Translations under genes and position numbers: made by a program
Shown: one piece after another, positions 10,071 through 17,699 of the stretch
Numbering within the stretch: the first letter of the stretch is position 1
Layout of the letters: every line of letters starts with the position of its first letter
Sequence record: NC_042018.1
Length of the DNA: 64,000 nt
Reading direction: 5' to 3' (one strand)
Notes under the pieces: model-generated
The model's input: the letters and a program-made list of their open reading frames with translations, nothing else
What the model was told of the DNA's origin: nothing
Databases searched by the model: none

Positions 10071-10961
10071 ATGGCTATTCTGATTAAATTCAACAACCCC
10101 AATGCTGATGACATTACCCTGAATGTCTATCGAGCAGATGCTGAAATGGACCGCAGCAAACTTCCGGCTCCGCTGGCTACCTTAACCGGTCGCCCAACTG
10201 AGTTCCTGGACAAAACTGCTGTGCAGGGCAAAACCTACTTCTATATCTTCGAAGCTATCGGTAACAACGACCGTGACATCTCTCGCAACATTAAACTGAT
10301 TGCAGCAGAAACACGCGGTCCAGGCAACAACATTCTGAAAGAAGGCACTCGTGAGCTAGGCCACTATGACGTGATGCCGGCGTCTGACCTGCTGGATTAC
10401 CAACAGCTGTTTGCTAAGATGGGTAACCCTGCTGGCTTTACAGCGAGTAACTTCACGAACTGGGTTAAGTTTGCACGCAAAGGGAAAGTCTTCTTTGTGC
10501 CTTCATCACCTATTGGGGTAGCTATGCCTCAGGCAATGAAAGATGCCGGCTTTATGGGTGACGGTAAGATTATTGAACAGAACGGGTTCAAATACCGTGT
10601 TCGTTTAGCACGCGGTTGCAGTGAAACCGATGCCGAAGCGACGACGTTCCTGGCGGATAAAGTCGCGTTGACTAACTACGACATGGATACATTTGATATC
10701 AGTTGTGAATTCAACGATCTGGTGTACCCGCTGTTAAACGTTACGCCGTTAAAACAACGGTTGTCAAATAAACTCAATGGCAGCATCAAAACGATAACAG
10801 GTAGTCGCTTTGTTCCTGTAAAGGAAGCATTGGCTGATTCGTCTCCGGTGTCCCGTACCTATTACGACGCAACCGATCGTACCCAGGCGACGTGTCTTCG
10901 TGCTATTGCTCTTAACGTGGCTTGTGCGTTCTGGCCGGTATTAGAACTGATTGAGGGCTAA
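10071..10961 (+). CDS. Virion structural protein, family A (A1 type)
   Basis: VQGKTYFYIFE, TRGPG, KFARKGKVFFVP, SCEFNDLVYPL and WPVLELIEG. Confidence 0.7.
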   Translation: MAILIKFNNPNADDITLNVYRADAEMDRSKLPAPLATLTGRPTEFLDKTAVQGKTYFYIFEAIGNNDRDISRNIKLIAAETRGPGNNILKEGTRELGHYDVMPASDLLDYQQLFAKMGNPAGFTASNFTNWVKFARKGKVFFVPSSPIGVAMPQAMKDAGFMGDGKIIEQNGFKYRVRLARGCSETDAEATTFLADKVALTNYDMDTFDISCEFNDLVYPLLNVTPLKQRLSNKLNGSIKTITGSRFVPVKEALADSSPVSRTYYDATDRTQATCLRAIALNVACAFWPVLELIEG

Positions 10962-10963
10962 TT

Positions 10964-11929
10964 ATGGCAGTCATTATTAGTTGGAAGCCCATAGCCAACG
11001 CCGACAAGATTCGCGTGTATCAATCAACTACTCCGTTCACGTTTGCAGACATTGCCGGGAACCCCGCTATTACCATGGTAGAAGTGCCCGGGACTGATGT
11101 TAGCAAAGCTGTGACCATCCCACGTAATAACGTGCACTGGTTCGCGTTGTCAGCGGTTGATGCAGACGGTCTGGAGTTGTTCTGTGAAGTGTTCCCAATG
11201 GGTAACTTCCCTAACACCGGACCTGGGCCGGATACCATTCTTCGTGGTAACTGGGATTTCGGTTTGTTTGGTGAGCTTTCTACCGAACAGCTGTTTACTA
11301 ATGCTGAACTAGGTGCAGGAATTGTTGCAGCAGGTGCGACCGTTGATAACGTTACCAGCGGCAACCGTATCACCAAGTGGTTTAAGTGTATCGTTAACGG
11401 GAAGATTCTGTTTATCCCAAATAACTACGTTTATCTCATGCCTGAAGGTGGCGATAAACCGACCCTGTTAGCCCAGCGTAAGTTGAGCATGACCGCCGGG
11501 TTTCCGGGTGCAGCTGTTCTAAGCAAGAACGGCAATGATTTCATGTATCGTTTACCGTCCTATACCCGAAGTGTGCCTGCTGGGCAAATCACGCAGCCAG
11601 CCTCTGACGATATCTTGAGTTCTGAAGCCGGGATGATTGCGGCATTAGAAACAGGGGCATTGAAAATTGGGCGAAACAGCGTGGGGGTTGGGCGCACTCC
11701 GTATAACGTGTGGGATAACCTCGGTGATATGGTCTTGGGTTCAACTGGTAACACCCCGCTGGCAACGGCGAACTATTATTCAGTAAGTTCGAACATGCAA
11801 TGGGGTGTGCACTGCATGATTCCTCGTGATGGGTCGTACATGACCTACGGGATTCAGCAGTGGTTCCAGAACAGTAGCGTCTCCTACGGTAACTTCTACG
11901 TCATGCCGATTCTTGAATTGGTCTTCTAA
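10964..11929 (+). CDS. Virion structural protein, family A (A2 type)
   Basis: FPNTGPGPDTILRGNWDFGLFGE, KCIVNGKILFIP and MPILELVF. Confidence 0.7.
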   Translation: MAVIISWKPIANADKIRVYQSTTPFTFADIAGNPAITMVEVPGTDVSKAVTIPRNNVHWFALSAVDADGLELFCEVFPMGNFPNTGPGPDTILRGNWDFGLFGELSTEQLFTNAELGAGIVAAGATVDNVTSGNRITKWFKCIVNGKILFIPNNYVYLMPEGGDKPTLLAQRKLSMTAGFPGAAVLSKNGNDFMYRLPSYTRSVPAGQITQPASDDILSSEAGMIAALETGALKIGRNSVGVGRTPYNVWDNLGDMVLGSTGNTPLATANYYSVSSNMQWGVHCMIPRDGSYMTYGIQQWFQNSSVSYGNFYVMPILELVF

Positions 11930-11938
11930 GGATATCCA

Positions 11939-12793
11939 ATGAGCATTACTATTAACTTTCGTAACCGCAACATTGATGCCCTGGATGAGATTCGTATTTA
12001 CCGTACGGAGAACCGGGGTGTTGCACCAACCCTGATTGCGACCATTACCAACGACAAGGTCTTTTACAAGGACACAACAGCCCAGTACAACCAACTGTAC
12101 TTCTATCAGACCGGTGCGGTGTATCAAGGTATCGAAAACCGCAGCGAACTGTTCCCGGCTATTGCGTTCCGTAATAATGACAACGGTCCGGGTCCACAAA
12201 AGCTCATTCGCGGTAACTTTGAGTTTGGGCTGTTTGGTCCGGTGGACATGAACGACCTGCCGTCGTTTGATGCGGTGTCGGTATCAGCAGGCGTTACTCG
12301 TAACGTTACTGGTAACCCCACGGCGGCGCTGAAGTGGTGTATTAATGGTAAAATCATTTACACCTTTAATGCGGCGTTCCACACGGGTATCTCCAAAGAC
12401 AACCTGAAGAAGCTGTTCATTGCTGCAAACAAAGAGTCGGACTTCTTCAGTATCGACTTAGCGGGGAAAACCTTTAAGGTACGTCCGCCGTTTGCCACTA
12501 CGCTGCGTGGGGCCATCGTAGGGACCGGGGAAACCTATCCCCTGACGTGGTCAACGGATGTTCAGCAAAGTGAAGCAGGCGCGATTATGCGCAGCTATTT
12601 GGGGTCTGCTGCTGTCAAGGCCGGCGATCGGATGTATGACCTGGCTCCGTTACCGGCGGGTGGTTTCTGGACTAACACCTACTACGATCTGAACACGTAC
12701 TACATGTTCTATCTGGACGGCAACACAAGCGCTTATCGTGCATCCTCTGGTACGGGTCCTTTCTATCCGGTGTATGAGTTGATGCTTGATTAA
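11939..12793 (+). CDS. Virion structural protein, family A (A3 type)
   Basis: GPGPQKLIRGNFEFGLFG, WCINGKII, RPPFAT and YPVYELML. Confidence 0.7.
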   Translation: MSITINFRNRNIDALDEIRIYRTENRGVAPTLIATITNDKVFYKDTTAQYNQLYFYQTGAVYQGIENRSELFPAIAFRNNDNGPGPQKLIRGNFEFGLFGPVDMNDLPSFDAVSVSAGVTRNVTGNPTAALKWCINGKIIYTFNAAFHTGISKDNLKKLFIAANKESDFFSIDLAGKTFKVRPPFATTLRGAIVGTGETYPLTWSTDVQQSEAGAIMRSYLGSAAVKAGDRMYDLAPLPAGGFWTNTYYDLNTYYMFYLDGNTSAYRASSGTGPFYPVYELMLD

Positions 12794-12808
12794 TAAACTG
12801 GAGACTTA

Positions 12809-13393
12809 ATGAAAATTCCAAACATGCAGTTGTTTTTGGACAGGTTCATTAGCGTTAACAGAGTCAGGTATCGGCAACAGCCGAGCGTTTTGGCTATCCT
12901 CGACACATTGACATTAAAGAACGTTATCTTCTCGAAGGTGCGTTCTGATATTGATGCGTTCGGGGAACTGGTGCGTACCGTGGACATGTATGTGCCAAAA
13001 GTCATGAAGGCCATGGACCAAAGTTGGTTACCTGCCTACTACACCACCCCGCGTATCACCAACATGGTGACCACCGATGTGCAGGATGAAAATGACCTCA
13101 TCACGCTCGAGGTACCGGGGTTCTACTTTTACAAGGACCGTAACAGTAAAGTGCAGGGATGTGTGGTGGTGCCTGCCCAGATTAATTCGGAAGACATTGC
13201 GGATTACGTCAAGGACATGGTGAAGAATGCAAATGCTTACCAAATCAATGACGACCAAATCTCGGTAGCCAGTAACTTCTCTGAAGTTATTGTAGACACC
13301 CCCGCCATCTACCAACGACTCAAGCTTGTCCTTTCTCTGCGTGATTTCTCATTTAATATCCCCGACACGGACTACGGGGATTTGGGGGTCTGA
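12809..13393 (+). CDS. Family B protein (stand-alone domain), putative virion/tail adaptor
   Basis: MQLFLDRF..NRVRY, PGFYFY and C-terminal IPDTDYGDL. Confidence 0.65.
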   Translation: MKIPNMQLFLDRFISVNRVRYRQQPSVLAILDTLTLKNVIFSKVRSDIDAFGELVRTVDMYVPKVMKAMDQSWLPAYYTTPRITNMVTTDVQDENDLITLEVPGFYFYKDRNSKVQGCVVVPAQINSEDIADYVKDMVKNANAYQINDDQISVASNFSEVIVDTPAIYQRLKLVLSLRDFSFNIPDTDYGDLGV

Positions 13394-13433
13394 ATTTTAT
13401 GGACCGATTATTATAACACCGAGGTAATTTATT

Positions 13434-14069
13434 ATGGGAATGCTTGACCAACGTCAGCTATTTCTGGATAAGTTCGTTGCGTATAACAAACAACGTTATG
13501 CCTCCGAACCTAACAAAGTTGCGGCGTTCGATAACTTATCGTTGAGCGACGTCCAGTTCGGTACCATCACCAAGACGGAAGATAACGGCGTCTACAAACG
13601 CTCTTACGACCACGTTAACTCAACGTCTCGTAACTTCACGTCTGACCCGCAGCGTTTCAATGCAGCTAACCTGGCCAGCCAGTGGGTAACCACAGCCAGC
13701 CAGATGGCGGACATTGCCGATGTGCGTGCCGCACCGCCGGGCATCTATTTCTACCTGGATGCTCTGAACAACAATGCCCGTACCCTGTGCGTGGTATATC
13801 CGTACGACTTCGATACCAGTGACGATGTCGCGTTCAAAGATCAAATCTTCACCATGATCAACGGCGCGTGTAAATATGCACTGGACAAATCGATCTTCGA
13901 TATCCAGCCGTGGACTCAGTCTGACCCGACGGACAAAATGACTTACGTTCAAGACGAAGTCATCGCGGGTTGGGTGCTGACCATCAAAGGTACTCAGGAT
14001 ACGCTGGTTATTCCGGATACCGACTACGGCGATCTGATTAACGAACAAAACGGTGGCGTTGCGCCGTAA
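13434..14069 (+). CDS. Family B protein (stand-alone domain)
   Basis: RQLFLDKF..NKQRY, PGIYFY and C-terminal IPDTDYGDL. Confidence 0.65.
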   Translation: MGMLDQRQLFLDKFVAYNKQRYASEPNKVAAFDNLSLSDVQFGTITKTEDNGVYKRSYDHVNSTSRNFTSDPQRFNAANLASQWVTTASQMADIADVRAAPPGIYFYLDALNNNARTLCVVYPYDFDTSDDVAFKDQIFTMINGACKYALDKSIFDIQPWTQSDPTDKMTYVQDEVIAGWVLTIKGTQDTLVIPDTDYGDLINEQNGGVAP

Positions 14070-14087
14070 TAACGTTTGTTACTGACT

Positions 14088-14125
14088 AGGTTAACCCCGC
14101 GATGGGGTTAACCTTTTCTCTTTTC
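14088..14125 (+). terminator. Intrinsic terminator
   Basis: AGGTTAACCCC-gcgat-GGGGTTAACCT followed by TTTCTCTTTTC. Confidence 0.8.
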
Positions 14126-14142
14126 TGTTAAGGACATTTGAT

Positions 14143-15018
14143 ATGGACGCAAACCTGCAACTCTTCCTTGACAAGTTCATTGAGGTGAATAAGCAGAAGT
14201 ATGCTGATGAACCTGAAGTGCTTGCTCTTCTGGAAGGATTGACACTGGCGGATGTTGTTTTCGACAGCATCGAAATCGATGAGAGTTTAGGCGAAGGCGG
14301 TCGTATTGCCAGCTTCCATTCTCCTTCCCGTAAATTCAATGCCCCGCAACAACAGTGGCTTTGTTCAACCCTCCAGGGTAAGAACGTCGTTACCTTTACT
14401 GATGCAAAAGTGTTTGATGACAAAGCATCGGTAAAAGCACTGACGGCACCAGGTATCTACCTGCACAAAGCAGGCGACGCCACAGCGGTATCGGTATTGA
14501 CAGCTGAAGACGTTGCTGATGTTGACACTGCAACGCAAAACATTATTGCTGCCTTAACCGGTGCGGTAAATTATGAACTAAAGGTTGAAGACCTGTTGAT
14601 TCCAACCTTTACCCTCGGAACAGATTTCGAAGGTCTGGTCAGTTCACACTGCATCGAAGACACGTTTAACGTGTACTTTATCCCGAAAGCGGTAGCTCCG
14701 TCTGAACCGGGTGAAGGTGGTGAAATTGATCCAGGTACTGGGGGCGGTGAAACAGGCGGTGGTGAGACCGGTGGTGAACCTGAAGTGGATCCCAACGAAC
14801 CGGTAATCACTCCAGAAATGGAAGCCGAAGATAAAGCCCTGGCCGACCCAACTGCCGGCGGCATTTATTCTGACGTAGGCGACAAAGGGTTTGGTGTATT
14901 AACTGTACCGCGTGAAATCTCTGAAGAGACAGCCAACATTGCTACCATCACTGGTATGACGTTTGGTCTGGTAGGCGCTGGTTCTCTGACGGTGGAGACT
15001 TTAAATGAAAACGCGTAA
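14143..15018 (+). CDS. Family B protein with a Gly/Glu/Pro low-complexity tail
   Basis: LQLFLDKF..NKQKY and PGIYL, followed by a GGGETGGGETGG linker. Confidence 0.65.
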   Translation: MDANLQLFLDKFIEVNKQKYADEPEVLALLEGLTLADVVFDSIEIDESLGEGGRIASFHSPSRKFNAPQQQWLCSTLQGKNVVTFTDAKVFDDKASVKALTAPGIYLHKAGDATAVSVLTAEDVADVDTATQNIIAALTGAVNYELKVEDLLIPTFTLGTDFEGLVSSHCIEDTFNVYFIPKAVAPSEPGEGGEIDPGTGGGETGGGETGGEPEVDPNEPVITPEMEAEDKALADPTAGGIYSDVGDKGFGVLTVPREISEETANIATITGMTFGLVGAGSLTVETLNENA

Positions 15019-16354
15019 GCATATTAACGAAATCTTCCTGGAAGCCACGGCGGATTGGCTGCGTAAACAAGGCCGCGAAGCTGACGCGAAAATCATTGAC
15101 GGTATCGACCCGGCCACGTTTGTCCGTAGCGGATACAAATCCAACAACATCTACGGCAGCAGCGGTAACCCGAACAAAGGTAACGGTGGCAAAGTCACCA
15201 TTAACCAACTGGGGTACACGGCGCAGGTCACTAAACGTACCGGCGAAGTCATGAACGCCAGAAGTTTAACGCTCGCTGACTTCATTGCCCAAATCCCACC
15301 GGAAATCCGTCCTAAGTTCATTGGTGACCTCGGTTCCAGTTCCAGTACCGTATGGGACCCGGCGTCTGTGGGGCTGAACGTAGCACGCCCTGGGTGTCGT
15401 TGCTTTGGCCAGATGGGTGCTAACGGTCAGGCATTCATTGTGATTGTGGGTTCTGATGAAGATGCCACTGATCCGGCTGTGATTGAGAAGTACCTGCCGT
15501 TTACGTTTGGGTTCACCAAATCAGATATCTATCCGGGCAGTGCTTACGGTGCGGAAACTTATTTCCGTAATAACACCAACCTGTTTAACTCAACGTTCAG
15601 TGCCCTGGTGTGGAAATCTACCCAGCCAGCTCCTGAACAGAAACCGGTTAACCAGGACCTGCCGATTCTGACGTACTCAACTCCGACCAACAAAGCACCG
15701 AGCGCACGTTATCGTTCCGTTCCGCCGTTGAACCTGACGGTTGACTGGGAAGTGCTGCGCGGTAAGTACACCTCGAAGGTCCATTATAACCAACTGTGGA
15801 TTGACCTGGTTGAAGCGGCGCTGCGTAAAGCCGGTGATAACTACAACGCTGATCTGATTAAACGTATTAATCCGGAAACCTTTGTTCCGTTCCAGATTAA
15901 GAACGACACAGCGAACAAGAAGTACACCTACCTGGGCGCACAGTGCAGTACGTCGAAGCTGTATTTCGAAAGCATCACCTTCAACATCTATCAGGCTACA
16001 GCGGATTCTACCCGTATGTTCCTGGCAGACTTTGGTTGGGTGTATGCACCGGAAGCGGGTGTCACCTGGAATCTGTTGGCAAACCAAGCAGCAGCGAACG
16101 CCTATACCGGTACGGATATGGTGGGGGAGAATGAATACCATTACTTCTTCCAGCATGTACCGAAAGGCACGAAGCTGACCAAAGCGATGGTGTTGGATGC
16201 ATTCCCGTTCCATGCAACCGGTGTGGATTACCTCTACCCGCTGTTCACGGACACCATGACCAAAGCCTCGGTCAACTTCTACAACGAGCTGCAGGAGAAC
16301 ATGTGGACCGGTTCTTCTACTATCGGTGTTAACGTTATCGCTGATTTAGTGTAA
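15005..16354 (+). CDS. Hypothetical (probably virion) protein with an internal two-fold repeat
   Basis: 449-aa ORF with a GGAG RBS. The two halves start with similar motifs (HINEIFLEATADWLRK..IDPATFV and HYNQLWIDLVEAALRK..INPETFV). Confidence 0.6.
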   Translation: MKTRKHINEIFLEATADWLRKQGREADAKIIDGIDPATFVRSGYKSNNIYGSSGNPNKGNGGKVTINQLGYTAQVTKRTGEVMNARSLTLADFIAQIPPEIRPKFIGDLGSSSSTVWDPASVGLNVARPGCRCFGQMGANGQAFIVIVGSDEDATDPAVIEKYLPFTFGFTKSDIYPGSAYGAETYFRNNTNLFNSTFSALVWKSTQPAPEQKPVNQDLPILTYSTPTNKAPSARYRSVPPLNLTVDWEVLRGKYTSKVHYNQLWIDLVEAALRKAGDNYNADLIKRINPETFVPFQIKNDTANKKYTYLGAQCSTSKLYFESITFNIYQATADSTRMFLADFGWVYAPEAGVTWNLLANQAAANAYTGTDMVGENEYHYFFQHVPKGTKLTKAMVLDAFPFHATGVDYLYPLFTDTMTKASVNFYNELQENMWTGSSTIGVNVIADLV

Positions 16355-16360
16355 ACCCCT

Positions 16361-16394
16361 ATCACTCCTGCCTCCGTAAGGGGGTGGGGGTGGT
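16361..16394 (+). terminator. G-U-rich hairpin / terminator
   Basis: ATCACTCCTGCCTCC-gtaa-GGGGGTGGGGGTGGT folds only on the + strand using G-U pairs and closes the tail-gene array. Confidence 0.55.
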
Positions 16395-16404
16395 ATAACA
16401 ATAA

Positions 16405-16430
16405 TTTTTCAGATCTACATTATTAATATG
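16405..16430 (+). promoter_or_regulatory. Putative phage early promoter
   Basis: TTTTTCAGATCTACATTATTAATATG aligns ungapped with copies at 30336 and 54064 and resembles the TATATTAC early promoter core described for phiKZ. Confidence 0.6.
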
Positions 16431-16477
16431 TAAGTTTAGCTGATATCTTTTTATGAGGTGTAAATGAGGTAACCATT

Positions 16478-17086
16478 ATGCCGCAAGTTGAATTTTTATA
16501 CCGGGGAATTGTAAAGCTAAAAGGCAATACACTGCACTGGGATAATGTCCAGAACAGCATTTCTCCTAAACGAACCCCCAACACTATACCGGTGCGCGTT
16601 ACGTTAGAACACCCGCCTAATTACGTATCTGTTACGCGATTAGGACGAGACTGTGTGGGAATCCAAATTAGCGACGGCATGCAAACCGTTATTACCTTTA
16701 TCAAAGAAGGAGTAAAATCCCGCTGCACGATTAACCGCGGCATCCGTGACCCGCTTGAGGGGTGGAGAGAATTTCAAGTGGTGTTGCTGTCTGAACATTG
16801 TAAGGCCATAAACAAACTCTATAAGCCCATGAGCGGCTTTCTTAGTTTATTGATGTCTCAGTCACCTGAATTAAGAAAGTCCTTTAGAAGCTGGTTTAAG
16901 AGCGGAAATGAGGTATTTATCTTTGACTGCGAATTTTCTACACACCGTGACAAAGTTTATCACTTTCACGTTCTAATAGAGAACGAACGACACCCGGCCT
17001 TAATTGGGTTGCCGCTTCGTAGACTCTTTAAAAAGATTAAATCTATAAAAGATAAAGGGTTAACACATGAACCGTTGCACAGTTAA
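16478..17086 (+). CDS. Hypothetical protein (probably early)
   Basis: 202-aa ORF with a GAGG RBS downstream of the promoter motif; AT-rich; no recognisable motif. Confidence 0.6.
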   Translation: MPQVEFLYRGIVKLKGNTLHWDNVQNSISPKRTPNTIPVRVTLEHPPNYVSVTRLGRDCVGIQISDGMQTVITFIKEGVKSRCTINRGIRDPLEGWREFQVVLLSEHCKAINKLYKPMSGFLSLLMSQSPELRKSFRSWFKSGNEVFIFDCEFSTHRDKVYHFHVLIENERHPALIGLPLRRLFKKIKSIKDKGLTHEPLHS

Positions 17087-17648
17087 TCACATTGTACTTC
17101 GTCCAGTTTCAGTACGTTCCATCACGCCTGTCTGTGGGGTTAGGACAGGGACCTTACGTTTCGAAATCAACAGCCAACAAGAGAGTGACGACAAACTCAC
17201 ATTTAGCTTTGATGAAGATGTTATCGGTGTTGAGCTTTTCACCTTTAAGAACACCGGTATGATTGTTATCTTTCGTAAAGAGACTATCGCCTGTTATTTA
17301 TGCCACACGGACCATGTCACCATGAAACCGGTGGGAAAGCTGGAAACCTTTCCAGTGTTAGAACCCTATGACACACCCCGAGAAGTGTACAGCTGGTTGG
17401 TTGGCAACATCTTAACCGACACTGAGAAGAAACTGTGGTTCTTTCATCAAGGCAGTGGTATTCGTAGTAAGCTAGGTACCATGCTGAACTTCATGATGAT
17501 CAATGGTGACATCAAGCCTTTCACCGGCCCTTTTGGTGACAACACCCTGAGCTTTAAAGATCGGTTTGTACAAATTTCTAAACCGGACGGCCAAACGATT
17601 TATCAGTCCCGTGTGTCGTGTCTGCAAAAGACACTGCTGAAGAACTAA
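17067..17648 (+). CDS. Hypothetical protein (probably early)
   Basis: 193-aa ORF overlapping the previous gene and followed by a hairpin. Confidence 0.6.
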   Translation: MNRCTVNHIVLRPVSVRSITPVCGVRTGTLRFEINSQQESDDKLTFSFDEDVIGVELFTFKNTGMIVIFRKETIACYLCHTDHVTMKPVGKLETFPVLEPYDTPREVYSWLVGNILTDTEKKLWFFHQGSGIRSKLGTMLNFMMINGDIKPFTGPFGDNTLSFKDRFVQISKPDGQTIYQSRVSCLQKTLLKN

Positions 17649-17663
17649 TTGTCACGAGACAAC

Positions 17664-17689
17664 CCCTACCCGTCCTAGGACGGGTAGGG
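17664..17689. terminator. Bidirectional hairpin terminator
   Basis: Perfect palindrome CCCTACCCGTCCTAGGACGGGTAGGG between convergent genes. Confidence 0.75.
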
Positions 17690-17699
17690 TAGTTGTGAT

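Noticed and set aside
2838-14143. phiKZ-type late promoters (TATG) upstream of structural genes
   Set aside because: A 4-bp motif occurs by chance in AT-rich spacers and often just overlaps the start codon. It cannot be supported without TSS data.
2914-16354. Diversity-generating retroelement or invertible shufflon in the paralog array
   Set aside because: I saw no reverse transcriptase, recombinase, near-identical TR/VR pair or inverted crossover sites. The paralogs are diverged throughout and all lie on one strand.
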